Positions 9,538 through 19,750 are shown, counted from the stretch's first letter. The stretch is DNA of 64,000 bases from a virus (IMGVR_UViG_3300031466_000001:64001-128000); one strand, 5' to 3'. A program made the numbers and translations. The notes: generated by a model not told the origin, from the sequence alone.

Positions 9538-11484
9538 CTAAACTTTCAGAATGTTGCTGATATATTCTCTCTTGCTACTTCTTATAGTTTGAATACCGAG
9601 AGACTCCAATACTGAATAGAATCTCTTGAGATTGTCTGTCACAATTGTCCGATAGTCAATGAATGGAATAATCCAGTCTGGAATCTTTTTAACGTTTCGA
9701 GGCAATGCAATCACTTGCACACCTTTTTCTGCAATTTTCTTTTCTTTATTATTTAATATTTTCTCAACGATGATCCCGTAGTGTTCCGGACTAACGGCCT
9801 TAACCTTTTCAATTTCTGTCGGAGTTGCAAGTTTAACTTTAATGAGGTCAGGTTTTTCAGGTAATTCAATAATATTGACCGGATACAAATAGTTCCAAGC
9901 AATTACAGCTCTGACCCCTTGCATTCTCAAAGGATCGGCATATGATTCAAGTTCCTTAACCGATGTCGGGATAAGGAAACTTTTTTCGCCATTTTTCAGA
10001 GAGTTAATGATAATCTCTTCAAATTTCTCAAGATCTCTCAGAATTTCACCAACGTTAATCTTATTGGCTTTCAAGATTCTTTCTTCAATAATTTTAGTGA
10101 AATATTCTTTGGTTTCTTCCCTGGTTGTAGACTTAATGAAGTCCATACCTTTGATCTCGGTTTTCTCAGGGAATATTTCTTTACCTTCACGAAGTCTGAC
10201 GCTTGCAAAATATCTTTTCTTCTTAGTCGACAAAACAATCCGGCTAAGAAGATATTCGTTTTTCATATTAATCTTAGGACGATATTCTTTGGGAATATTT
10301 GCCGTCTTCGTATATTTCTCAAGAACTTCGGTAATCATATTTGTCAAGATATAACACATCGTGTTGATAGCAATAAATCTAAGTTGTTGATAATCTCTCG
10401 ACGCGAGATGATTGTGAGGTTTAATTACGAAATTAAACATGAACTCGACCCAAGGATTGAGATTCAAAAAGTTCGAGTCTGTATCAACAATTATGACAGT
10501 CTTACGTCTAACGTTTTTCAAACGTTGAATTCTGTCAAAAGAAGGATAATTGTAGAATACAAACTCTTTATAGAAATCCCAGAGATCTTCAAGATTAAAC
10601 TTAATAGATTCGGGAATTTTATTCGGATTCTTGAATTCCTCAACGTTTTCTACAATCTTAACGAGTTTAGTACGAATTTTCGGCAAATAAGAAAACTCGT
10701 AAAGATTGTTTTTGAAATATGCTCGCTTGATATATTCGTCGGATTGATTATTCAGATAGTTAATGAGAAGAGGTTCATATTCTTCTCTATATTCATAAAA
10801 CATTCCTCTCAGTCGATTAAGAATTTTATCTACTGAGATAAAGGGTAGGAAAGAAGCATCCAGCTCATAATCTTCTTTCCGAATATTTTCCAAGAAATTC
10901 ATACAGTCATCCAAATCGATAAACGGTGTGTTGTTGGACATGAATGCTTCAAACGCTTGTTGTGTAGTACTTATAAGAGATTGACCCGCAGCGGTTACAC
11001 TGGTTGCAGTATAAAGATTGAAAAAGTTTGATGTCTCTGCACCAGATGCACCATAATAACTATTCGAATTAACTTTTTCTGTCATTTGAAGTCTGTCGAA
11101 AGTTTGATATTCGTAACTACCTTCTTTATGATTGGCCAATTGAGATTTATACTCTTTCCGGAGAGCCATGAATTTCTCCAACATCACAGCCGCCGGATTC
11201 AACGCTTGCCCTTGATCCTTAAAGAACACACCAAAACCACCCATAACGGGGTTGGTGCGCTCGATCCAATTGACCACACTCAGCAAATCATCACTAACCG
11301 ACTTGTGGATGTAGTTATTATGGATTTCAACTTTAGGGTTAACCAAAGTTTCATCGATAATACTGTCGAGAAATTTATTCAATTCTTTTTTATCTAAGTC
11401 GGGATACATCTGCATCAAAATATTTCTTTGATGTTTTCTCCATTCTTTAAGAAAAGTGTACCTATCTACGAGTTTGTTACCCAT
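9538..11484 (-). CDS. split family-B DNA polymerase, C-terminal (motif B/C, thumb) subunit
   Basis: motif B KVNSNSYYG, motif C IVDTDS, KKRY and EIKGMD motifs; lacks exonuclease and motif A; start ATG 11484 after GGAGG. Confidence 0.88.
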   Translation of the reverse strand: MGNKLVDRYTFLKEWRKHQRNILMQMYPDLDKKELNKFLDSIIDETLVNPKVEIHNNYIHKSVSDDLLSVVNWIERTNPVMGGFGVFFKDQGQALNPAAVMLEKFMALRKEYKSQLANHKEGSYEYQTFDRLQMTEKVNSNSYYGASGAETSNFFNLYTATSVTAAGQSLISTTQQAFEAFMSNNTPFIDLDDCMNFLENIRKEDYELDASFLPFISVDKILNRLRGMFYEYREEYEPLLINYLNNQSDEYIKRAYFKNNLYEFSYLPKIRTKLVKIVENVEEFKNPNKIPESIKFNLEDLWDFYKEFVFYNYPSFDRIQRLKNVRRKTVIIVDTDSNFLNLNPWVEFMFNFVIKPHNHLASRDYQQLRFIAINTMCYILTNMITEVLEKYTKTANIPKEYRPKINMKNEYLLSRIVLSTKKKRYFASVRLREGKEIFPEKTEIKGMDFIKSTTREETKEYFTKIIEERILKANKINVGEILRDLEKFEEIIINSLKNGEKSFLIPTSVKELESYADPLRMQGVRAVIAWNYLYPVNIIELPEKPDLIKVKLATPTEIEKVKAVSPEHYGIIVEKILNNKEKKIAEKGVQVIALPRNVKKIPDWIIPFIDYRTIVTDNLKRFYSVLESLGIQTIRSSKREYISNILKV

Positions 11485-11495
11485 AACCAGCCCTC

Positions 11496-11864
11496 CTATC
11501 TTATAGTACAAATAACTTGATACGCGTCTCTATATTTTATATCTGAAACTTTCTTACTTTGCTTTTCTACTATTTTTAATTCAGGAATATTGTTATTTAT
11601 AAATTTAATAATTCTCTCTATATGCTGCATGTTCTTTTGGTAGCCATATAGCGTAAACCAACTCTTTGTATCTTCTTTGAAAATATCTTTTAAAGGAAGA
11701 GGTAATGTGGTGTCTAATGAGTGTAATAAATCATCAAGAATTGATATCTCCTTTTTAACACTATTCTTTTTATATTCATTTTCAAGATACTTATCGATTA
11801 CCACAAATAACCCATACATTTTATTTTTATATTTTAACTTCAAAGCGATAATACATAAATTCAT
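11496..11864 (-). CDS. hypothetical protein
   Basis: 122-aa ORF; early motif at 11916-11925 upstream. Confidence 0.7.
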   Translation of the reverse strand: MNLCIIALKLKYKNKMYGLFVVIDKYLENEYKKNSVKKEISILDDLLHSLDTTLPLPLKDIFKEDTKSWFTLYGYQKNMQHIERIIKFINNNIPELKIVEKQSKKVSDIKYRDAYQVICTIR

Positions 11865-12031
11865 CCTTCCTTATTTTTTTAAAGTTTATTTTTTCTTCTC
11901 AATTGTGTCTGATCTATAATATATATTTAGATTCCTGCTTAGTAAACTGTTAAAAAGAACATTAAAAATCATGTTCTTCAAAAAACTCATACGAACATTA
12001 AGGTAAAAAAATGAGGAAAGGGATGAATCTA

Positions 12032-12556
12032 ATGGCTAAATCGCTTCTTTTCGGCTCTACCGGTCAACCCGTAGCCGACAATGACGATGTTGAACTCGGT
12101 CTTGAATCTGAAGCCCTCATCATGGAGGCTGCTCTTCTGGAGAATCTGAATCCAGAAGAACTCGACGAATTTATCTCCGATCACAATGAAGTAAATGCTG
12201 CATATCAAGATGAAGTCTTGCTTGAAAAATCTATTGTGCGTCTGGACCGCAATGCACGTTTGTCGCAGGCGCAAAAAGTGGCTGTCTTCACGATTGCAAA
12301 ACAGAAGAACGACCCTATGTTCCGTAAGTTGTTGACGGTATGGCGCATGGAACGCTACCTGGAAGCTGAGCTCTTTAAGAAGTACGGCAATCAGGCTATG
12401 CGTCTTGCTCGCCAAACTGTCAGCAAGGCATCAAAATCGCGTTCGTCGACTGTTAAGAAGGTTGCTCAACGTGCACAGAGTCAATTCAACAAGCCGATTG
12501 CTCCGAAACGAATGACGCAAATGCCGAGCGTAATTGTACCCAATAGTTTCAAATAA
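12032..12556 (+). CDS. probable virion (head) protein
   Basis: late promoter AACA-TTAAGG-TA at 11994-12005; acidic N-terminus with IME/LLE motifs, basic C-terminus, biased codons. Confidence 0.55.
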   Translation: MAKSLLFGSTGQPVADNDDVELGLESEALIMEAALLENLNPEELDEFISDHNEVNAAYQDEVLLEKSIVRLDRNARLSQAQKVAVFTIAKQKNDPMFRKLLTVWRMERYLEAELFKKYGNQAMRLARQTVSKASKSRSSTVKKVAQRAQSQFNKPIAPKRMTQMPSVIVPNSFK

Positions 12557-12563
12557 AAAAAAT

Positions 12564-12600
12564 AAATCCCTGAATAGGCTAAAACCTATTCAGGGATTTT
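12564..12600. terminator. bidirectional intrinsic terminator
   Basis: 15-bp stem AAATCCCTGAATAGG/CCTATTCAGGGATTT between convergent genes, flanked by A- and T-tracts. Confidence 0.85.
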
Positions 12601-12611
12601 AATGTCTTAGT

Positions 12612-13370
12612 TTATGTAAGATTCATTTTCATGAAGTCGTTGTTGATGCGATCGAGAAATATTTTTCTCATTTTTCTCTCACGATCTTCTGTGTAAATTC
12701 TGTCGTAGATCTTTCTGCCATTTTCATCAACAGGGAGTTTTTCAAAAGCGACCATGATGTTACAGAGGTTCTCGAATGGAATCTCATCGATTCTTTCCCT
12801 GACTACGTCATACATATCATCCCGCATGAATGCAATTTTCATGATGTTGAATTTATACGGGGAGATGTGTTTGGCTACGAAATCCCGACTAAAATATGTG
12901 ATACATTCATTGATAATTTCCGTAGTCTCATTCTCCCATCCCTGATCACTGTTAGAAAAATTATCTGTACCGATTTTTTTGACAGCATCGTCAAGAAGGG
13001 AGAACAGTTCGCCGAAAACAATATCATACGCCCTACTACTATAATTACAAATAAAAAATTGTCGCACCAGATCGTCAGAACTACCAGGCTCACCACTGAA
13101 CATACGAACTTGTTCGATAAGGATCTCCGAAGCAATGTGGAAAGCATTTTCGATGATGATATCTTCTGTTACTTCATTGAACGTAAGAAGATCTTTGAGA
13201 TTGAGTTTGGTAAAATTCTTTCTAATGAAATCCATGGGAAGACGGAACGAACTCAGAACGAGATAGCCGTATTCTTCTGGGGTCCCATTGAATTTTTCGG
13301 GCATAATCTCTTTCAGAGATTCTTGATTGAAAGAACCGTCTTCGTTGAAAAACCCTTTAAGTGCTTCCAT
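12612..13370 (-). CDS. hypothetical protein
   Basis: 252-aa ORF with GGAGG RBS. Confidence 0.8.
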   Translation of the reverse strand: MEALKGFFNEDGSFNQESLKEIMPEKFNGTPEEYGYLVLSSFRLPMDFIRKNFTKLNLKDLLTFNEVTEDIIIENAFHIASEILIEQVRMFSGEPGSSDDLVRQFFICNYSSRAYDIVFGELFSLLDDAVKKIGTDNFSNSDQGWENETTEIINECITYFSRDFVAKHISPYKFNIMKIAFMRDDMYDVVRERIDEIPFENLCNIMVAFEKLPVDENGRKIYDRIYTEDRERKMRKIFLDRINNDFMKMNLT

Positions 13371-13491
13371 TGATAGTCTCTACCTCCATACATGATTTTT
13401 ATTTATTACCGTATTTATAATATGTATTTAAAAGAAATTAGTAAACCAATATGTCAATTTCTATGATCCGATTAATCTATCGTTGTTCAAT

Positions 13492-13501
13492 TATATATTA
13501 T
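13492..13501 (+). promoter_or_regulatory. early-type phage promoter motif TATATATTAT
   Basis: exact motif upstream of the RNAP beta'-C gene. Confidence 0.7.
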
Positions 13502-13594
13502 AAGGGTGTTAAAGAGGAGATGGTGGATAAGTAGAAAAATACTATCCAGTTAACAAATTAGTGAGAGATATAATAAATAGGAGGTTGGGATTGG

Positions 13595-15604
13595 ATGATA
13601 GTGCAACCTGGTTTAACAGAAGAAGCAAAGAAAACAATGGAGTTCCTTTCAAATAATATTTTGATTATTGAAAATCACACAAAGAATAAAAAGTCATATA
13701 ATGAGTTCATTGAGAAGATCTATGATTTCGTTAAACAGGGTTTTGAACATAAAGAGTTCCGAACCCATCCAGTTTACTTTAAATTCTTCAATCGAGAAAA
13801 CGAGTATATTCACACACTTCAACTTAGACATTTTTTGACCAATATAATGATGTGGGAACCGTTGGTAAGATTGGAACGGTTCTCACATATCAACCCTCAT
13901 TACATTGTAGACTGCTCAAAGATATCTGCAAATCTCATTAAGTCATATATTGACAATATGATTATAATTCCATTCAGGAAGCAATTCGACAATAAAAAAT
14001 TGAATAAAGTTATTCACGACATGATTCATAATCTGTCTAGGATTTCGACAGATTTCAATATGATTCTTGGTTTGTCAATTAATGTTGAGACATTCATTCA
14101 AGTTGCAGAAAGAAATCCACGATTCAATGAAATAATCAGAACCAAAATCGATGAAAGTATGCAACCGAAGGAAATTGAGGATTATCTTGATCAACTCATG
14201 AATGAAGAAATTGAAATTTTGAAAACAGAAGATAACTTCCTCAAACCCATTCTGATGGCTGGGACAGGTATAAAGCCAAAGCAGCTTACCGAGTTCTCTA
14301 TTAATGGTGGGTTGAAACCGGACCTCTATGACAACACGATTCCTATTCCGATTAACTCGAACTTCATCGTTGGTGGACTGGGTAATGTAACCAATTATTA
14401 TCTGGATTCCCTTGGCGGTCGTAAGGCTGCCATTATGAATAAGCACGTAATGGGCAAATCAGGACACTTTGCCAGAATGGTTATGCTTCTTGCGTCTGAC
14501 ATTGAATTGAAGAAAAAGGGTGAGGGTGCTCTCGACTGCGGAACTCTCTATACTGTAAAGATAGAGGTGAAAACTCGTGAGCATCTTAAGAAACTTATTG
14601 GACGTTATTATCGTTTCCCTCACACTAGGGAATACAAAGTGATTAAAGCCGAGGATGAACATCTTATCGGCAAAACCATCCTGCTCCGTACGCCTGTAAG
14701 ATGTGCAGGAAAGAAAATCTGTATGAAATGTTACGGGGAACTGTATTACACGAATAAAAACCTCAAGTCTGTAGGTGGTTATGCAGGAACTCAGGTCACA
14801 AACCCACTATCACAAAATATTTTGTCAGCAAAACACTTGCTAACTACACAATCAGAAGAAATAAAATTCAACGAAGAATTTTATAAATTCTTCTCGATAA
14901 ACGTTAATGAAATTTATCTGAACACCGAGAATGAGGATGTTGATATCAACCAATATAGCATGATCATTATGAAGGATAACGTTCAGACAATTGATCAATT
15001 CGATGATAGTGAGTTCAACTCATACATCTTGTTGTTCGAATTGAAAAACCGTAAGACCGGCGAGGTCATCGAGATCCGTGAGCAAAACGGAGGAGAAATG
15101 TATATCTCTGAAGATCTCAAAAGGTTACTGGACAATAACAGATCATCCAGAGACTATTACGAGATTCCATTAAGCAATCTGTCTTTTGACGACAGATTGT
15201 TTGTCATGGAAATTGCAAATAATGAACTTACGAAGCCCCTATATAGCATCATGAACCTTCTTAATAGAAGTGATCATGAAGGATGTACTACTGTGGACGA
15301 GATGGTTCAAAAGTTTCTTGATCTACTTATCGAATCGAAATTCTCAGTAGACTCTGTTCACGCTGAGATTTTGATTAGACCGTTGATTAGGAGTACGAAA
15401 GATATACTTCAACCGCCGAATTATCGAAAATATGTAGAAGGTAACGAATATAGGATCTTGACAGTAGACTCTGCTCTTCAAAACCATCCGTCTGTTCTGA
15501 TCAGTCTGTCGTTCCAGGATCTGAGCAGACAATTGATCAAGCCCATCACATTCAGAAAGAGTGGATCTTCGTTCATCGATCCGTTCTTCAAAGAAAAAAT
15601 TTAA
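13595..15604 (+). CDS. multisubunit RNA polymerase beta' C-terminal subunit (probably non-virion RNAP)
   Basis: bridge-helix-like GGRKAAIMNKHVMGKSGHFAR, DCGT, LRTPVRC..ICMKCYG zinc site, trigger-loop-like SQNILSAKH; no NADFDGD (expected in the separate beta'-N gene). Confidence 0.9.
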   Translation: MIVQPGLTEEAKKTMEFLSNNILIIENHTKNKKSYNEFIEKIYDFVKQGFEHKEFRTHPVYFKFFNRENEYIHTLQLRHFLTNIMMWEPLVRLERFSHINPHYIVDCSKISANLIKSYIDNMIIIPFRKQFDNKKLNKVIHDMIHNLSRISTDFNMILGLSINVETFIQVAERNPRFNEIIRTKIDESMQPKEIEDYLDQLMNEEIEILKTEDNFLKPILMAGTGIKPKQLTEFSINGGLKPDLYDNTIPIPINSNFIVGGLGNVTNYYLDSLGGRKAAIMNKHVMGKSGHFARMVMLLASDIELKKKGEGALDCGTLYTVKIEVKTREHLKKLIGRYYRFPHTREYKVIKAEDEHLIGKTILLRTPVRCAGKKICMKCYGELYYTNKNLKSVGGYAGTQVTNPLSQNILSAKHLLTTQSEEIKFNEEFYKFFSINVNEIYLNTENEDVDINQYSMIIMKDNVQTIDQFDDSEFNSYILLFELKNRKTGEVIEIREQNGGEMYISEDLKRLLDNNRSSRDYYEIPLSNLSFDDRLFVMEIANNELTKPLYSIMNLLNRSDHEGCTTVDEMVQKFLDLLIESKFSVDSVHAEILIRPLIRSTKDILQPPNYRKYVEGNEYRILTVDSALQNHPSVLISLSFQDLSRQLIKPITFRKSGSSFIDPFFKEKI

Positions 15605-15717
15605 GAATAATGTCTCGGGTTATCCCGAGACATTATTTTTTTTATTTACATAAACTCAAAGATTTTAAGTATATATTATAATAACGTAATAAATAATAAT
15701 CATATTGGAGGTATTAT

Positions 15718-16248
15718 ATGGAGAAAGTAATGGCAACTGGAATTCCTCTTGGAAAGTGGGCACGTCAAAATGATCCGGGTGATCATAAGTTTAAGCAATA
15801 TTACTGGGATCAGATCAACTTTGTTGCAAATAAAATTGGCCTTCTGTTCTTCGATGATCGACTGACAATCAACGGACTCGGTTTGAGAATAAAAGTAATC
15901 GAGTCTCATGTAGCCAAATCTCTGAGACTCCCAGTATTCTTCTTGGATTTCAAAGATATTTTCGGGGTCGAATTCATACTCGCAAACAATCTCCTCGGAT
16001 GGAGAGTCAGCGTGAATAGTGTTATACCCCTCACTGTCGATTTCTATGATATAGTCGACACCAGAAATAGAAATCATCTGATCTTCGATGCTGGTTATAG
16101 TGAGGATATGGTATATGAATCCCATGAAGATAACAAGTATCGCTTCACTTTCAATTGCTCTGACAGCTTTGACCTCTATGTCGCATTAACCATCATCAGG
16201 AGTCATCTTATCCACACGAATAACTTCATTCCTAAAAAAGCTGGTTGA
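15718..16248 (+). CDS. hypothetical protein
   Basis: 176-aa ORF, GGAGG RBS, early motif 15670-15679. Confidence 0.8.
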   Translation: MEKVMATGIPLGKWARQNDPGDHKFKQYYWDQINFVANKIGLLFFDDRLTINGLGLRIKVIESHVAKSLRLPVFFLDFKDIFGVEFILANNLLGWRVSVNSVIPLTVDFYDIVDTRNRNHLIFDAGYSEDMVYESHEDNKYRFTFNCSDSFDLYVALTIIRSHLIHTNNFIPKKAG

Positions 16249-16249
16249 G

Positions 16250-16432
16250 GTGATCTATATAATGAATAAAAGAATACGATTTGTAAAACGATACAATCCC
16301 AGTGAATGGACTCCTAAAAAAGAAACTTATGAGGATTATTGTGAACGTCATAGAAAGGCCGGCACGGAACCGTTGAATGAGATTCAATGGAGAAGAACAA
16401 TCGTCGATAGAAATTGGCCTATTTTACACTGA
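16250..16432 (+). CDS. small hypothetical protein
   Basis: 60-aa ORF (likely ATG start 16262), followed by a terminator. Confidence 0.6.
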   Translation: MIYIMNKRIRFVKRYNPSEWTPKKETYEDYCERHRKAGTEPLNEIQWRRTIVDRNWPILH

Positions 16433-16544
16433 TCATTAAAAACAAGGATGGATAGAGATAACCATCCTTGTTTTTTTTATTTTTATAAAAACTTTATTAT
16501 AAAGTGATATCTCTTAGTTTTTTTTTGGAGGTGTCTATGATTAT

Positions 16545-17984
16545 ATGAAAAAAACTATAACTGTACGCCATACATCTATCATAGTCACTAACTATGAGCT
16601 TGGTGAAAATAAAAATCTGGAAAATATGCTATCAATTTGGGACCCCATCTATTATAAGATGGACACCCCCGGATTTTTTTATAATGCTGAGAAGAAACAA
16701 CTTTATTTACCCAGAGGTATAGATTTAAATTATCTTGAAAGAGCTTTCGGCGTAAGATGTAAGATTAGCTATGAGCATGATCCCGTAGAACCTGCATCTT
16801 TTCGTCTTTTAAAAGAGCCTAGAAACGATATACAGCGTAAATCTATTTCATTCCTGTTGGGTGAAGGTGAGTTTAGATATGCGAAAAAATATTCCCAACA
16901 GGCTCTTGATTTGGATACCGGTGATGGGAAAACATATTGCGTAATTGCAGCTTTGACTTTCCTTAAAATGAAAGCGATTATTATAACTCCCAATGATAAT
17001 ATTAAGAAACAGTGGATAAAATCTATTATAAATATGACGGATTTAAAAGAACCTTTCATATTTAATATAAGCGGAAGTGATGCTATCAGGAAACTTCTCT
17101 CTATGAAGAAAATTCCTTATAAAGTATTTTTTGTTAACCACCAGACCATCCACAGCTTTGCTAAAAAAGAAGGATGGGATGCTGTTGGTGAATTCTTTGT
17201 AAAATTGGGTATTGGAGTGAAGGTTTATGATGAGGCACATTTCAACTTTGAAAACATGAATTACATCGACCTTCATACCAATACAAAGAAAACAATATAT
17301 CTTACTGCTAATTTCGAACGTTCACATTTCCGTGAAAATATAATTTTTGAAAGATGTTTTAAGAACGTCCCTAAATTCGGTAAAGAAATGGCAGATGAGA
17401 AGAGAAAGCATATCATAGCAGTTATTGTGAGATATAAAACACGTCCGGACATGGGCACTAAGGCCGCTGTTAAGGGTGTACATGGTTTTGACAGAAATAG
17501 ATATATCGACTATCAAATTGGACAAGAATTATTTTATAAAAAGATAATGGAAGTTCTCAATTTTATCGGAGATAAAGAAGGTAAAATAGTTATTTATTTA
17601 TCAAAAAACGATGCAATTGACACATTGTATGATTTTCTGATGGAGAATTATGATAAGAGAACCCCGATGAAATACAATTCGACAATAAGTCCAGAAGAAA
17701 AAGAAAAAGCTTTGAACTCTGAGTTAATTTTGACAACACCAAAGTCACTTGGTACAGGCTCAGATATTCCCGGACTGCGATTTATAATCAATACTGAGCA
17801 ATATACTTCACCTATTACAGCAAATCAAATGCAGGGAAGATTGCGGGAATATGCCAAAGATAAATTTACATTCTATTTTGATTTGGTTGATGTTGGTTTC
17901 CCTCAAACTGAGGGAATGTTAAGAAAGAGAATGAAAACGTTTAAAAAGAAATGTGCTCAGATTATTGAATTAAAACAAAAATAA
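16545..17984 (+). CDS. superfamily 2 (DEAH-type, UvsW-like) helicase
   Basis: Walker A TGDGKT, DEAH, LTAN, GTGSDIP, QMQGRLR. Confidence 0.9.
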   Translation: MKKTITVRHTSIIVTNYELGENKNLENMLSIWDPIYYKMDTPGFFYNAEKKQLYLPRGIDLNYLERAFGVRCKISYEHDPVEPASFRLLKEPRNDIQRKSISFLLGEGEFRYAKKYSQQALDLDTGDGKTYCVIAALTFLKMKAIIITPNDNIKKQWIKSIINMTDLKEPFIFNISGSDAIRKLLSMKKIPYKVFFVNHQTIHSFAKKEGWDAVGEFFVKLGIGVKVYDEAHFNFENMNYIDLHTNTKKTIYLTANFERSHFRENIIFERCFKNVPKFGKEMADEKRKHIIAVIVRYKTRPDMGTKAAVKGVHGFDRNRYIDYQIGQELFYKKIMEVLNFIGDKEGKIVIYLSKNDAIDTLYDFLMENYDKRTPMKYNSTISPEEKEKALNSELILTTPKSLGTGSDIPGLRFIINTEQYTSPITANQMQGRLREYAKDKFTFYFDLVDVGFPQTEGMLRKRMKTFKKKCAQIIELKQK

Positions 17985-18069
17985 TTAAAATACGGGGTTT
18001 ATCAAAACCCCGTATTTTAATTTATATATTATATTTTTGATATTAATAAATAATTAAGGAGGAATTAAA

Positions 18070-18822
18070 ATGACTGGACAACAATCGGCAACCGAAATGA
18101 AAAAACCGAAGCTTCTTTTCGGCCAAATTCGTGAAAGAGACGATGAATATGTTGACGAGGCTTTTGTTGTAATTAAATTGACGAATAACAGCTATGTTGC
18201 CGTCAAATTGTCTGATGATGGTGAACATGGTCCTATTCGTGAATGTGAACATTTTGAAGAAGTGTTTAAAGTTGTGAATAAACGAATTTTTGCAGAATAT
18301 TGCACCATTGAAGGTTTTATGGAAGCCTTCCCAAATTTACTGAAAAAGAGAGGGAATATAGTCGAACCAGCATTTTTCTCTCTATTCAATAAGATTGTAG
18401 AAAGTGTGCTTAATGATAAAGGTTCATTCAATCGGGGGAAAAATAATGAAAATGCTCAAATAGATGTCGATATCTATTCAGTTACCTTTCATTTGAAGGG
18501 TGAAGTCGTTGAGTGTTGGTATAACGACCGTAACAAAAATAAAACTGGAAATTCTGTAGAGATACCCCTCACTGTTTTCTTGGCAAACAACATTACCAAA
18601 GATGTGACAGAGAAAATCGTTGAAAATATGAAAAAGAAAAAATATTCTATGGCATCCTTTGGTAGGAGTAAGATGAGGAACGCTGATGACGATTTCTCCA
18701 ATGCAAGAAATGTTCATTGTCGAAAGACAAATAGGGTTTTATCTGAAAGAGAAGCAGAAAATGAATTTAGATTGCCTATAGTTGAGCCCAATACCGTTTC
18801 ATTATATGAATTCTTTTCGTAA
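18070..18822 (+). CDS. hypothetical protein
   Basis: 250-aa ORF, GGAGG RBS, early motif 18023-18032. Confidence 0.8.
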   Translation: MTGQQSATEMKKPKLLFGQIRERDDEYVDEAFVVIKLTNNSYVAVKLSDDGEHGPIRECEHFEEVFKVVNKRIFAEYCTIEGFMEAFPNLLKKRGNIVEPAFFSLFNKIVESVLNDKGSFNRGKNNENAQIDVDIYSVTFHLKGEVVECWYNDRNKNKTGNSVEIPLTVFLANNITKDVTEKIVENMKKKKYSMASFGRSKMRNADDDFSNARNVHCRKTNRVLSEREAENEFRLPIVEPNTVSLYEFFS

Positions 18823-18953
18823 GAATAATGTAAAGAGATAGTACAAAAAATATTTTATGATAAGGATATAGGATTTTTACCGTATCCTTTATTTTTTTAT
18901 TTATTATATCATAATAATGAAGATAATTAATAAAAAAATTAGGAGGTTAAAAA

Positions 18954-19180
18954 ATGGCTTTCAAAGGTTATAATACTATACAAGAATTACTGGAAAAGGA
19001 CAGGACTACACGGACGGAGAAATTATCAAAATATGGGAAGCAATTAAATACTGCTTAAAAGAAAAGTTGTATTCTTTGGATGAACCGTATGATACGGTAT
19101 ATTTCCCCGGTGTTACTATGGGTGATTGGGTGGAAGCGGTATATTGTGAAATGGAAAGAAGAAAATTAAAGGTCTCATGA
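18954..19180 (+). pseudogene. frameshifted small gene (or sequencing error)
   Basis: AGGAGG-ATG start; adding one base in the A run at 18994-18997 restores a 75-aa ORF ending TGA 19180. Confidence 0.55.
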
Positions 19181-19237
19181 CCTTTTTTTTATTTCTATCT
19201 TTTATTTTTTTTTTCACTAAAAAATAATTAAATTAAA

Positions 19238-19249
19238 AACATAAAGGTA
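19238..19249 (+). promoter_or_regulatory. late-type phage promoter AACA-N6-TA
   Basis: AACA-TAAAGG-TA with no downstream ORF before the terminator. Confidence 0.65.
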
Positions 19250-19317
19250 ATTATCCCAACCCATCCCCAACCCCCCTCAAAGCGGATGCACTCAAATGTG
19301 CATCCGCAATTTTTTTT
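19249..19317 (+). ncRNA. candidate C-rich small regulatory RNA (~69 nt)
   Basis: late promoter, unstructured AUUAUCCCAACCCAUCCCCAACCCCCCUC, perfect 10-bp hairpin GCGGATGCAC/GTGCATCCGC and T8 tract. Confidence 0.6.
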
Positions 19318-19347
19318 GTTAAAAAGGTATATTTTTGGAATATAAAT

Positions 19348-19357
19348 TATATATTAT
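19348..19357 (+). promoter_or_regulatory. early-type phage promoter motif TATATATTAT reading into the foreign-fragment cassette
   Basis: exact motif, associated with a 13-bp direct repeat TATATTTTTGGAA (19328-19340, 19355-19367). Confidence 0.6.
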
Positions 19358-19380
19358 ATTTTTGGAAATACTTATTTGGT

Positions 19381-19466
19381 ATAAAGTCCTGCGGCTCGTA
19401 GGGCCGACGGCGCCGCTTTTGGTCGCGGTTCGCATTCGCAACCGTCGACGCGATGAGGCCAGCGCG
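19381..19466 (-). pseudogene. fragment of siphophage tail assembly chaperone (protein T-like) gene
   Basis: GC-rich (38/60 in 19381-19440); encodes RAGLIASTVANANRDQKRRRRPYEPQDF. Confidence 0.65.
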
Positions 19467-19469
19467 CGC

Positions 19470-19583
19470 CCAGCCCTCAAGGCTAAAGTGCGGATCGCTG
19501 ATCAGACCGCCGAGATCGCCGCTGCCGAATTGATCCACGAACCACTTCGGCGCCGGCACGTGCTCAGTCAGCGATTCGGCGAT
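19470..19583 (-). pseudogene. fragment resembling C-terminal region of Paenibacillaceae-type phage endolysin
   Basis: GC-rich; encodes IAESLTEHVPAPKWFVDQFGSGDLGGLISDPHFSLEGW; resemblance recalled, not searched. Confidence 0.45.
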
Positions 19584-19585
19584 TG

Positions 19586-19750
19586 CTATTTTCTTCGAAT
19601 CAATTTAGTGTTCTTATCCCAATTTTCCATTTGCTTTTTTATAGAATCAAAACGTTCATCCTGTTCTTTTGAAAACTTTTCGAATTTCTCAATATCATCC
19701 ATAACTTTCTTGTGCACAAACCCTATGAATTGTTTGGTTTTAGAGAACAT
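19586..19750 (-). CDS. 54-aa hypothetical protein inside the foreign cassette
   Basis: AGGAGG RBS, MFSKTKQFIG...KLIRRK-stop; upstream TATAAT boxes; below ORF-track cutoff. Confidence 0.65.
   Translation of the reverse strand: MFSKTKQFIGFVHKKVMDDIEKFEKFSKEQDERFDSIKKQMENWDKNTKLIRRK

Noticed and set aside
19347-19559. 70-aa minus-strand ORF as a real gene
   Set aside because: A chimera of endolysin-like and tail-chaperone fragments with a GTG start lacking an RBS; treated as fragments.
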